Shown here piece by piece: positions 40,547 through 49,715 of a stretch of 64,000 bases of DNA (its first letter is position 1; every line of letters begins with the position of its first letter). The notes under the pieces were generated by a model, which made no database searches, was not told where the DNA came from, and was given only the letters and a program-made list of their open reading frames with translations. Position numbers and translations under genes: made by a program. This DNA comes from Candidatus Bathyarchaeota archaeon (GTDB lineage Archaea > Thermoproteota > Bathyarchaeia > Hecatellales > Hecatellaceae): contig JBQPWD010000007.1 of the NCBI GenBank assembly GCA_052246995.1, positions 1-64,000 on the forward strand. Reading direction: 5' to 3'.

Positions 40547-40812
40547 AATTCTTCAAAGCTTAGTTGGATTTAAAATTAATATGTTGCTTGTAACCTTTTA
40601 TGTATTCTTCTTCTTTTTATTACCATAAATTAGACTGTTAGGCCATACATAACAAAATTTGCATTTGTTTTTAATGTTGATGGGAAAATTGGTGTAAGGA
40701 AACCATTAAGAGGTTCAGTAAAGCTTAAGACTACCGGAGTACGTGGAAGATTCAGAGTTATACCAGAAAGTTAAAAGTTTCAATTAATCAGCCATGTGAA
40801 GGGTTTTTAATA

Positions 40813-41265
40813 TTGAGGTTTGTTGAAGTTTTTATTGCATACGGACATGAGGCGGTAAAAGCTACCCATCCAACAACATTAGAGGTGACTAAAGAACGGA
40901 ATTTAACGTCTAAAGGGGATTGTATAGTGGCGGTTGGAGCCTCAAAATCAACAATGGATTTAAGTGGAAACTTTAAAATTTTAGCTAGAAAACCAGATAC
41001 AAAAATTACTTTAAAAATTAGAGTTGGAAAACTTGTAGAAGTTGTTGAAGGTTTTGGAAATCCAAACCTAACTTTAAATCATCCAACAGATATAGTTGCA
41101 CGAACAAGTACTTATACATGCCCACGAACAGTAATGGTTAAAGCTAATAAGGCTGCAGTGAACCTTTCCCGTCAGCTAATTTCAAAACTTCAAAATCCAA
41201 ATACATTAGCAATAATAACGTTAACAGCAGAAAACCCCGCCTTTAAATTTTTAAGCGGGAGCTAG
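40813..41265 (+). CDS. DUF371 family protein
   Basis: GHEAVKATHPTTLEVT, GDCI, ANKAA. Confidence 0.9.
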   Translation: MRFVEVFIAYGHEAVKATHPTTLEVTKERNLTSKGDCIVAVGASKSTMDLSGNFKILARKPDTKITLKIRVGKLVEVVEGFGNPNLTLNHPTDIVARTSTYTCPRTVMVKANKAAVNLSRQLISKLQNPNTLAIITLTAENPAFKFLSGS

Positions 41266-41281
41266 AATTTAATATTCTAGA

Positions 41282-41409
41282 GGGCCCGTAGCTCAGCCAG
41301 GTGGAGCGGCGGACTAGATTAAACTAGGCCGTAGCTCTTAACCCGTTGGTCGAGGGTTCAAAAGGTTAAAGCTGGTAAAGCTTTAACCTTGAAAATCCCT
41401 CCGGGCCCG
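41282..41409 (+). tRNA. tRNA-Lys(CTT) with introns at 30/31 (41313-41333) and 59/60 in the T-loop (41363-41395)
   Basis: Spliced arm GCGGG-CT-CTT-AA-CCCGT; BHB with CGGC/GCCG core; T-loop intron hairpin with TTCA/TGAA core. Confidence 0.9.
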
Positions 41410-41572
41410 TCACTATTTAGAAGTAAACTCTTAAACAGCTGAGTTTTTCCAATCCTATTTAAGGAGATAACAAATTTTTTGTAGCTCTTGCTAAGGTAAG
41501 TTTACACTCTTTTTGACGGGGGACAGTATATCATTCTTGACGGTTTATTATTTTTCCTTCATCTCTATGTCA

Positions 41573-41587
41573 GAAAAGTTTATATAT
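41573..41587 (+). promoter_or_regulatory. BRE-TATA promoter (GAAAAG-TTTATATAT) upstream of the micro-ORF
   Basis: Close match to the archaeal BRE+TATA consensus, ~20 nt before ATG 41605. Confidence 0.6.
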
Positions 41588-41604
41588 CTGGTGAAACTAC
41601 ATTC

Positions 41605-41670
41605 ATGCTCGAGGTAGAGGTAAGGTTGTCTAAGAAGAAGAAAGAAGAGAAAAAGGAAGAAAAGAAGTAA
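41605..41670 (+). CDS. Putative Lys/Glu micropeptide (MLEVEVRLSKKKKEEKKEEKK, or MSKKKKEEKKEEKK from TTG 41626)
   Basis: Promoter, GAGGT SD before TTG, mixed synonymous Lys/Glu codons, T7 tract downstream. Confidence 0.45.
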   Translation: MLEVEVRLSKKKKEEKKEEKK

Positions 41671-41775
41671 AGTCTAGGTTAACCTCCAACAAACTTTACA
41701 TGTCTACCTAATTTTTTTGGAAAATATTCAAACTTTTTGTGTAAAAATTTTGAATAGTAAATTATGAAAACCTTC

Positions 41776-43011
41776 TTAGTTGGCTACTATTCCATAACCT
41801 ATTAAACGCCACTTTCCACCTATCCTCCTACTAAATGCTACTCTTCCACCTCTCTTAGCACAAACAGGTTTTTTGAGCGAAACCTCAAATTCATCTTTTT
41901 TCGCATTTTTTACAACCCCAACGGTTACTGATGTCCCAACATTTAAAACTAAAGTTTCACCATTCCTAACACTTTCAACTTTTGCAAGTTCTGCTGTGCC
42001 TACAGCATATTCAAAAAGTGATACTTTGAGAGTTAAGTCTTTTCTTACTTCTGGTAATTGTCCAGGTTTACCTGCAATATTACCTATAAGACCATCAGCC
42101 TTAGTTAATGCAGGGTCGAGTTTTGAGCCTACACCTACAAGCCCTCCGCAACCAACCTCTTCAACATTTCTACCACCAGCCTGGAGACTTACAATTGACG
42201 TGTAAAGGTTTTCATACTCTTCGCTAGAAGATTTTCTTATTCCAGGCCTTATTTCAATTTCATCTCCAACCCTTAGTTTACCTTCAACAATACTTCCACC
42301 AAGAACTCCTCCAACAATGTTTTCAATCTTTGTTCCAGGCTTGTTTATGTCAAAAGACCTTAAAACATGCATAAATGGAGGTTTTGCAGGGTCACGGGGA
42401 GGTGTAGGAATATACTTTTCTATAGCCTCTATTAACAGGTCAAGGTTTACGTTATGTTGGGCTGAAACAGGTATTATTGGAGCATTTTCAGCTAAAGACC
42501 CTTTCAAAAATTCCCTTATACGTTTATAGTTATCTAAGGCCTGTTCTCTCGTTACAAGGTCTATCTTGTTTTGAACAACAATAATGTTCTTCACACCCAA
42601 AATTTCTAAGGCTAGTAAATGCTCTCTTGTTTGTGGTTGAGGTACAGGTTCGTCAGCAGCAATAACAAGGATAGCTCCATCCATAACAGCTGCACCTGAA
42701 AGCATTGTTGTCATCAATATTTCATGCCCAGGACAGTCAACAAAGCTTACAGTTCTAAGATAGACTGTTTTTGAACTACAGTTTGGGCAGGTAGGAGATG
42801 TTGAGTAACACGTAGGTGGAGAACACACAGGACACTTGTAAAATGATGCGTCAGCATAACCAATCCTTATGGTGATACCTCTTTTAAGCTCTTCAGAATG
42901 TCTTGCAGCCCAAACACCTGTTAAACCTTGAATAAGGGTTGTTTTACCATGGTCAACATGACCTGCAGTACCAATATTTACGCATGGTTGGGATGGATGA
43001 ACTTTTGACAA
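41776..43011 (-). CDS. eif2g: Translation initiation factor aIF-2 gamma
   Basis: GHVDHGKTT, RGITIRIGYA, zinc ribbon, DCPGHE, WRLIGYG. Confidence 0.97.
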   Translation of the reverse strand: MSKVHPSQPCVNIGTAGHVDHGKTTLIQGLTGVWAARHSEELKRGITIRIGYADASFYKCPVCSPPTCYSTSPTCPNCSSKTVYLRTVSFVDCPGHEILMTTMLSGAAVMDGAILVIAADEPVPQPQTREHLLALEILGVKNIIVVQNKIDLVTREQALDNYKRIREFLKGSLAENAPIIPVSAQHNVNLDLLIEAIEKYIPTPPRDPAKPPFMHVLRSFDINKPGTKIENIVGGVLGGSIVEGKLRVGDEIEIRPGIRKSSSEEYENLYTSIVSLQAGGRNVEEVGCGGLVGVGSKLDPALTKADGLIGNIAGKPGQLPEVRKDLTLKVSLFEYAVGTAELAKVESVRNGETLVLNVGTSVTVGVVKNAKKDEFEVSLKKPVCAKRGGRVAFSRRIGGKWRLIGYGIVAN

Positions 43012-43057
43012 GAAAACTCCACCAATAGTTTTCAGTATTTAATGAAAGATTTTACTT

Positions 43058-45109
43058 TCATGCCTTATAAACTCTGCAGGGGATGCCTCTTAAATTTACA
43101 GCACCGATTCCAGTCCAAGCTGCGGATTCATCATCTGTAAGAATGTTTATGTTTGACTTATTCCAGCTGAATAAATTCTCTTCTTCTGGAAACCACCAAC
43201 CATAGGCAGCTATAACAACTCTTGGGTCCAAATCATCTTTTAAAGTTACTTTTTGCTTAATTCTTCCGTTTTTGGTTTCAATATAAATGTAATCACCCTC
43301 CTTGATACCAAGTTTGCTGGCTGTTTCAGAACTTATTTCAGCTAAAGGTTCAGGGTAGACCTTTCTTAAAGATTGAACAATTCTATGAGCTGAGTGTGTG
43401 AAAAACTCTGATTTATAGTTTGTTAGTATAAACGGATAGCTAGATGAAGTTTTAGGTGTTGGTGAAAGCTTAGGTAGCGGGTTAAGGCTTAAACTCTCAA
43501 GTCTGGAGGAATATATTTCAATCTTTTTTGAAGGTGTATTAAAACCCTCCTTCTCAAATTTTTTGTAGGTATTTTTAGCTATTAAAACTCTTTTCTCTTT
43601 TAAGTCTTGAAAGCTTAAACCTGATGGCTTAAGAATTATGTTTAATGCTTCTCTATAATCATTCCAGAAGTATTTCTCAAAACCAAGTCTTTTAGCTAAC
43701 TCGCATATTATTTGAGGATCAGGTAAACATTCACCTGGAGGTTCAACAAGTTTAGGGTAGGATAGTAAAACCTCGGTAGGAGGAGGATAGGGTGAAACTT
43801 CATCATACTCAAAAAGGTATGCTACGGGAAGTATGACATCTGCAAGTTTGGCTGTTGGTGTCATAAACAAGTCTAATACAACAATAAACTCAAGCTTTTT
43901 TAAAGCTTCATAAACTTTACTTGAATTTGGGAATGTTAAAAGCGGATTGGTACCAATAAATATCGCAGCCTTAATAGCGTAAGGTTTTTCATCCAAAATA
44001 GCTTTAAACGCAGCTTGTCTAGGTAGAAATGCAGACATCCTTGCTAGACTATACTCGTCACCAACACTACCAGTTCTTGGAAAATCTTTAAGAAGCATGA
44101 AGGCTCCAGGTCTAAGTATAGGAATACGGGCGGCTAAAAGCTCACCTCCAGCAACATCAATACTTCCTGTTAATGCACGCAAGATACAGATTGCTCTAGC
44201 AGTTTGAAAAGCATCTAAAGTATGGTCTAAAGCATTCCCCCAAAGAATGATTGAAGACTTATTTTCAGCGTAAAACCTTGTAGCCTCAGTAATACTTTTT
44301 CTTGAAACCCATGTTTCCGTCTCTAACTCATCAAACGTTAAAGAGTTTAAGAATTCCTTTAGCTTGTTAAAACCTACAGTCCAACTTTCAACAAAGTTTT
44401 TATCGTAAAGCTCCTCCTCTACCATAACCTTTAACATTCCAAGTGCAAGCCAACCATCAGAACCTGGTTTAGGTTTAAGCCATATTTGAGATTTAGATGT
44501 AAGTGCAATTTTTCGCGGATTGACAATCATCAACTTAACTCCCTCATCAACATAAGAGGAAATTACAGGTGTTGGAAGTGGGGCACTATTTGTTTGGTTT
44601 GGATCGATACCCCAAACAACCATAAGTGAGGGTTTGTTCTCGTAATCTGGTAGAAGAATAGAGCCAAATGTAAATGTAAAGGCTAGGTCTCTTGGCAGAT
44701 GACAAAGGTTTCCAGGGGTTGCTATGTTTGGAGTTCCATAAACACTTGCAAATCTTTGAGCAAAAGCAAGTTCAAGCCCCTTAGGATCTCCAACGGCTAT
44801 AAGTAGAGATTTAGCTCCATACTTTTCCCTAACTTCCTTAAGTTTTTCGGCAACAAGGTTTAAAGCTTCATCCATTGAAACATTTCTCCACTTTCCACTC
44901 CCACGTTCACCATCTCTTACTAATGGGTGTAAAAGACGTTTAGGGTGGTAAAGTATTTCAGGTATAGCTAAACCTTTAGGACAAATATGTCCTAAACCTG
45001 GAAGAGGTGGGTTTGGGTCAGGCCTAACTTTAACAATTTTCTCATTTTCTATGGTTATATTTAAACTGCATCTTCCATGACAAATTCTACAAAAAGCTTT
45101 TACATTCAT
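43058..45109 (-). CDS. Stand-alone DMSO reductase-family bis-MGD Mo/W oxidoreductase (acetylene hydratase-like clade)
   Basis: CRICHGRC..CPKG FeS motif, Cys ligand in GNLCH, DLFMTPTAKLAD, TPSKKIE. Confidence 0.88.
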   Translation of the reverse strand: MNVKAFCRICHGRCSLNITIENEKIVKVRPDPNPPLPGLGHICPKGLAIPEILYHPKRLLHPLVRDGERGSGKWRNVSMDEALNLVAEKLKEVREKYGAKSLLIAVGDPKGLELAFAQRFASVYGTPNIATPGNLCHLPRDLAFTFTFGSILLPDYENKPSLMVVWGIDPNQTNSAPLPTPVISSYVDEGVKLMIVNPRKIALTSKSQIWLKPKPGSDGWLALGMLKVMVEEELYDKNFVESWTVGFNKLKEFLNSLTFDELETETWVSRKSITEATRFYAENKSSIILWGNALDHTLDAFQTARAICILRALTGSIDVAGGELLAARIPILRPGAFMLLKDFPRTGSVGDEYSLARMSAFLPRQAAFKAILDEKPYAIKAAIFIGTNPLLTFPNSSKVYEALKKLEFIVVLDLFMTPTAKLADVILPVAYLFEYDEVSPYPPPTEVLLSYPKLVEPPGECLPDPQIICELAKRLGFEKYFWNDYREALNIILKPSGLSFQDLKEKRVLIAKNTYKKFEKEGFNTPSKKIEIYSSRLESLSLNPLPKLSPTPKTSSSYPFILTNYKSEFFTHSAHRIVQSLRKVYPEPLAEISSETASKLGIKEGDYIYIETKNGRIKQKVTLKDDLDPRVVIAAYGWWFPEEENLFSWNKSNINILTDDESAAWTGIGAVNLRGIPCRVYKA

Positions 45110-45192
45110 TTTTTGGTCCTCCAACCAATATAATGTCCTTTTAGCTTATAAAATAAGAACACCTCACAAGTTTACGGAGAATGGTTAATTTT

Positions 45193-46188
45193 TTATCTCC
45201 AAGGTATCGGCACATCATCAAGCCTCCATCTAGGTTTAACAAAGCTTTTTTCAATGTCAACTTTAACTCCACATTTTAAGGCTAAAACCCCAACCCAAGC
45301 TATTTGGGCACCGCAATCACCACTAAACTCTTTAGGCACAGTATAAAATTTTGCCTTATGTTCATCGGCAACCGTCTTAAGCATTGATTGAAGTCTTCTA
45401 TTGGCGGCCACTCCTCCAGCTAGCAGAAGTTCATCTTTTTCAAGAAAAGCTAAAACTCTTTCAGCAGTCTCCGTTAAGGCTGTAAACGCAACTTCTTGAA
45501 GAGAGAAGCTTAAATCTTCCCTACGATATCGGCCTTCCTTAAACTTGTTTAAGGCTGCTGTTAAAAGACCGGAGTAGGATACGTTGTTACCTTTAACAGT
45601 TAAAGGTAAGTCTATAAAGGTTTTACCTTTTTCGGCATCAGCCTCAACTAACGGTCCAGCGGGAGATGGAAAACCTACATTTCTACCGTAGGTATCAAAC
45701 AAGTTTCCAAGAGTTATATCCTCAGTTTCACCAAAAATTCTCCATCTTCCAGCCATAAAAGCTGTTAAACATGTATGACCTCCTGAAACAAGAACAACAA
45801 GCGGATCTTTTGCACCCGTGGTAAGAATTGCAAGCTCAATATGACCTATAGCATGGTGAACAGGTATTAAGGGGATGTTAAGGTGGGATGCTAAAGCTCT
45901 TGCGGCAGTTGCTCCTGTTCTTAAGCATGGACCTAAACCTGGCCCTTGAGAAAAAGCTACTGCGGCTAAATCTTTAAGCTTAACATTGGCTTTTTTAACA
46001 GCTTCACGTATTATTTTAGAGGCTACTGCTGAGTGATGTTGAGCACTTTCTCGCGGATGAATACCTTTACCGGGCGGAGGCTGATACATACTTTTCTCGT
46101 TTGAAATTATTTTGCCATCAAAAGATACTACACTAACCCCGTAAGTGTGGGCTGTACTTTCAATACCTAAGCAAAACTTTTTTGGCAA
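45193..46188 (-). CDS. kae1: KEOPS t6A transferase Kae1
   Basis: GIESTAHT, GPGLGPCL, HAIGH, VSGGHT. Confidence 0.95.
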   Translation of the reverse strand: MPKKFCLGIESTAHTYGVSVVSFDGKIISNEKSMYQPPPGKGIHPRESAQHHSAVASKIIREAVKKANVKLKDLAAVAFSQGPGLGPCLRTGATAARALASHLNIPLIPVHHAIGHIELAILTTGAKDPLVVLVSGGHTCLTAFMAGRWRIFGETEDITLGNLFDTYGRNVGFPSPAGPLVEADAEKGKTFIDLPLTVKGNNVSYSGLLTAALNKFKEGRYRREDLSFSLQEVAFTALTETAERVLAFLEKDELLLAGGVAANRRLQSMLKTVADEHKAKFYTVPKEFSGDCGAQIAWVGVLALKCGVKVDIEKSFVKPRWRLDDVPIPWR

Positions 46189-46206
46189 ATTTTCTCAAAA
46201 TACTAG

Positions 46207-46884
46207 TTGATGCTAGCAGAAGATAAAATGGTTTTGCTTAGGAAGGGAGCTGAGGCGAATATATATCTAGCCTCGTTTATGGGTTTTAAAGTTGTAGTTA
46301 AGAGAAGAATACCTAAACTCTACAGAATTAGGGAGGTTGATTATAAAGTTAGAGAATATAGAACTATACATGAAGCTAGGTTACTTAGCGAAGTTAAGAA
46401 GTTTGGTGTTCCAACACCAGCAATCTACTTCGTAGACAGGGAAAACTTTGATATAATTATGGAGTATATTGAAGGTGTAAGATTGAAAGATTATCTTCAA
46501 AATATTAGAGAAGTAAAAAACTTAAAGGAGACATGTTTTAAGTTTGGATACTTAATAGGTAAACTTCATAAAAATGGAATTATCCACGGAGATTTAACAA
46601 CATCAAATGTCATATTAACAGAAAAAATGAAGATGTTTCTAGTAGATTTTGGTTTAGGTTTTTATTCTGAGAATATTGAAACTCAGGGTATTGATTTACA
46701 TTTGCTTAAACAAGTTTTTGAGGGTTTTCACCACAACGTGGCAACAGAATGCTTTAAAGCTGTTTTAAACGGATATGGAAAAGTCGTAGGCAATAGGAGA
46801 AGAGAAGTAATTGAGAAGAAGCTTAAGGAGATTAAAAGTAGGGGAAGATACATTCCAGCAGAGGAAAGATACCAATACATCTAA
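46207..46884 (+). CDS. bud32: KEOPS kinase Bud32 (start may be ATG 46228)
   Basis: GAEA, KRRIPKLYR, HGDLTTSN, DFGLG, SRGRY. Confidence 0.94.
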   Translation: MMLAEDKMVLLRKGAEANIYLASFMGFKVVVKRRIPKLYRIREVDYKVREYRTIHEARLLSEVKKFGVPTPAIYFVDRENFDIIMEYIEGVRLKDYLQNIREVKNLKETCFKFGYLIGKLHKNGIIHGDLTTSNVILTEKMKMFLVDFGLGFYSENIETQGIDLHLLKQVFEGFHHNVATECFKAVLNGYGKVVGNRRREVIEKKLKEIKSRGRYIPAEERYQYI

Positions 46885-46902
46885 AAGTAAAAATTTTAGT
46901 TG

Positions 46903-47268
46903 TTAAAATAGTGGTAAACCTCCAGTTACCTTATTAACAAGGTTTAAGGGTGCAGGACCAATAGCTAAACATGTAACTGTGCCTGGAGGAAGCTCCGTCA
47001 ACCCTTTATCCTCAATTAAAGCAAGTGGTAAACCTAGCTTTTCAGCTTTAACTTTAATCTCATAAATCTTTTCTAACGACTCAACCTTCAAAATAACCTT
47101 TCTTTGCCCCTCTTTAAGCCATTTTTCAGCCCATTCTACGTGACTTTTTCTAGTCTCTTCATATGCTGAAACTGCTGCATGAGCAACTTGTGCACAAATT
47201 TTTCCTTTAGAGATTTTTAAATCGTCCCTAATAATGATGTTCTGAGTTAAACTGAATTCTTCAGACAT
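46903..47268 (-). CDS. pth2: Peptidyl-tRNA hydrolase Pth2
   Basis: SKGKICAQVAHA, GQRKVILK, DKGLTEL. Confidence 0.95.
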   Translation of the reverse strand: MSEEFSLTQNIIIRDDLKISKGKICAQVAHAAVSAYEETRKSHVEWAEKWLKEGQRKVILKVESLEKIYEIKVKAEKLGLPLALIEDKGLTELPPGTVTCLAIGPAPLNLVNKVTGGLPLF

Positions 47269-47427
47269 TTAACCTCGCCTCTATAAACATAAAAGTTAAA
47301 GCATCATTTTTGATGGCTAACTTTATTTAATTTTACGCTAATCAAGATGAAAAACCTGGTAACATATATATACTAGTGTTAAAGGTAGATTTGTTAATAG
47401 TTTAAAGCCAAGTTTAGGAGAAGAAGG

Positions 47428-47607
47428 ATGAGTAGTGATATAAAAATACCTAAATGTAGTTGGTGTAACAGACTTATTATTCCCAAAGAAAACTTTGTTA
47501 AATTTCCATGTCCAAATTGTGGGGGAGTAACCATTGTTAGATGTAGTAAATGTAGAGAATTGGGGAGGCCTTATAATTGTCCAAAATGCGGTTTTCGAGG
47601 ACCGTAG
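47428..47607 (+). CDS. Small zinc-finger protein (HVO_2753/DUF1610 family), 59 aa
   Basis: CSWC, FPCPNCG, RCSKCR, YNCPKCGFRGP; family usually precedes EF-1beta; missed by ORF track. Confidence 0.92.
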   Translation: MSSDIKIPKCSWCNRLIIPKENFVKFPCPNCGGVTIVRCSKCRELGRPYNCPKCGFRGP

Positions 47608-48045
47608 AATATTCAAGGTTAACAATAGACGGTTAAGAGTTTTCCTTTATAACTCAAATTAGCTTCAACATAGAGTTTTCCTAGATTTTAAGCTTCCAGA
47701 CAACCTCTTACCTGTCTTGTTATCTCTTTTTGAAGAAAACAATCACAATCGATATCCCGCGCCAAGAAGCTATAAACCTCAAAATAGGTAAGTTATGCAC
47801 AAGGAGATACAAAAAGTTAAAATTTGTAATCTCGAAACTAGGCTTTTCAAATTTCTCTTAGGTATACCACTACTATCCAGAATTTATTAAAAACATGAGA
47901 AATTTGCTTGCTTAAGTAAACAAAAACTTCATAGCTATAAGATTTTTTCATTATAAAAGAGAATAATAAGGTAGGCTTAATGATTTATACGTGAGAAACT
48001 GACTATAATTTTGTTAAGAGTCCTTTCAGGGATGCGGTGAAATTT

Positions 48046-48315
48046 ATGGGTAAGGTTGTAGCATCCTTTAAAGTTTTTCCTGAAGATGTTAATGTAAATC
48101 TTGAAGAAATTAAGAGGAAAATTGAAAAGAAGCTTCCACCCGAAGCGTTCATCCATAAATTTGAGGAGGAACCTGTAGCTTTTGGTTTGAGGGTTGTAAT
48201 AGCACATATAATTCTTCCAGAGGATGTTAGTGGAGAAATGGATAAAATTGAAAATATTTTAGGTGAAATTGAGGGTGTAAGTCAAGTTCAATTTTTAATG
48301 GTTAGGAGAGTTTGA
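48046..48315 (+). CDS. ef1b: Elongation factor 1-beta
   Basis: KVFPE, EEEPVAFGL. Confidence 0.95.
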   Translation: MGKVVASFKVFPEDVNVNLEEIKRKIEKKLPPEAFIHKFEEEPVAFGLRVVIAHIILPEDVSGEMDKIENILGEIEGVSQVQFLMVRRV

Positions 48316-49662
48316 TTTTATTTGAGGTTTTACAAGCTTTCCACTAGGTTTGCCTACAATTTCTCCATTCTCCATGACAATACTGCCTCTAACAATGGTG
48401 TAAACAGGTTTAGCTTTAACAGTCCAACCATTAAAAGGCGTAAACCCTGATTTACTATGAAGTTTATCAGCCTTAATTTTTTCTTCAACACCAAGCTTAA
48501 CAATGGTTAAATCTGCATCAGAGTTAACCTTAATACACCCCTTTAACGGATATAAACCGTAAACCTTCGCAGGATTTTCACATAAAAGTTTGGTAAACTG
48601 GTTTAGGTTTAATCTACCATCAACAACCTGGGTTAACATTAATGGTACAAGTATTTCAACACCAATGAAACCTGACGAGGCTTCCCAAACATCGTTTTTA
48701 AACTTTTCATCGTAAGTGTGAGGGGCATGGTCACTTGCAATAGTATCTATAACACCTTCATGAATCCCTCTCCAAAGAGCTTCAACATCATGCTTAAACT
48801 TCAGTGGAGGGGTAACTTTAAAAGCTGTTGAAGCAGAACTTAATTCTTCTATGTTTAAGAGAAGGTAATGTGGACATGTTTCGCATGTAACATTTCTAAG
48901 TCCTCTACCTCTAACTTCGCCTAAAACTTTAACTCCATCCCTTGAGCTTACATGACATACATGGATTTTTGCGCCAACTTTTTCCGAAATTGAAGAAACC
49001 CTAGCAATAGCTTTAGCTTCAACATAGCCAGGCCTAGCTTCGGTATAAGCATAAATATCCTTCCTACCCTCACATCTAACCTTATTGGTTAAAATTATGA
49101 TATCATCAAGATTTTCAGCATGAACAGCTACAGGTAAACCTAGTTTTTTTACAATATTAAAAGCATTATAAAGAAAATCATCAGTTACATGTTTTCCTAA
49201 AAAATCAGCCATAAAAAGCTTAAAACCTAAAACTCCGGTTAACTTAGAAATCTCATCAATATTTTCAGTTGAAAGAAGACCTAGAAAGCCATAATCAACA
49301 TATGATTTACTCTTAACAGCTTCAATCTTAATCTTGAAAGATTCAAGGTTGGTTAAGGGGGGTATGGTGGTAGGCATGTCAACAACCACTGTAACCCCTC
49401 CAGCAGCTGCAGCCATGCTTCCAGTAGAAAAATCTTCCTTGTAAGTTAATCCTGGGTCTCTAAAATGTACATGGGAATCTATTACTCCTGGAAACGTTAG
49501 AAGCCCTTTACAGTTTAGCTTTAAATCAGCTTTAGGTAAGTTGGCATCTTTAGCTATTCTAACAATTTTTCCGTTTTTAATAGCCAAACCCGCTTCAACA
49601 ATTGTTGAAGAAAAAACAAGCTTAGTGTTTTCTATGGTAAGGTCAGCTAGAGACAAAAACAT
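48295..49662 (-). CDS. Dihydroorotase-family cyclic amidohydrolase
   Basis: DSHVHFRDPG, GFKLFM, HAE, CHVSS, SDHAPH. Confidence 0.85.
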   Translation of the reverse strand: MFLSLADLTIENTKLVFSSTIVEAGLAIKNGKIVRIAKDANLPKADLKLNCKGLLTFPGVIDSHVHFRDPGLTYKEDFSTGSMAAAAGGVTVVVDMPTTIPPLTNLESFKIKIEAVKSKSYVDYGFLGLLSTENIDEISKLTGVLGFKLFMADFLGKHVTDDFLYNAFNIVKKLGLPVAVHAENLDDIIILTNKVRCEGRKDIYAYTEARPGYVEAKAIARVSSISEKVGAKIHVCHVSSRDGVKVLGEVRGRGLRNVTCETCPHYLLLNIEELSSASTAFKVTPPLKFKHDVEALWRGIHEGVIDTIASDHAPHTYDEKFKNDVWEASSGFIGVEILVPLMLTQVVDGRLNLNQFTKLLCENPAKVYGLYPLKGCIKVNSDADLTIVKLGVEEKIKADKLHSKSGFTPFNGWTVKAKPVYTIVRGSIVMENGEIVGKPSGKLVKPQIKSNSPNH

Positions 49663-49715
49663 CCAGTCCTTAATCTTAAAAAAGATTAAAAATATGTAGC
49701 TGACACTACTTCTGT

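Noticed and set aside
40635-40774. 46-codon open frame ending ...KTTGVRGRFRVIPES
   Set aside because: No start codon or SD and no recognisable motif.
47338-47625. 95-aa minus-strand ORF
   Set aside because: Antisense to the real zinc-finger gene at 47428-47607.
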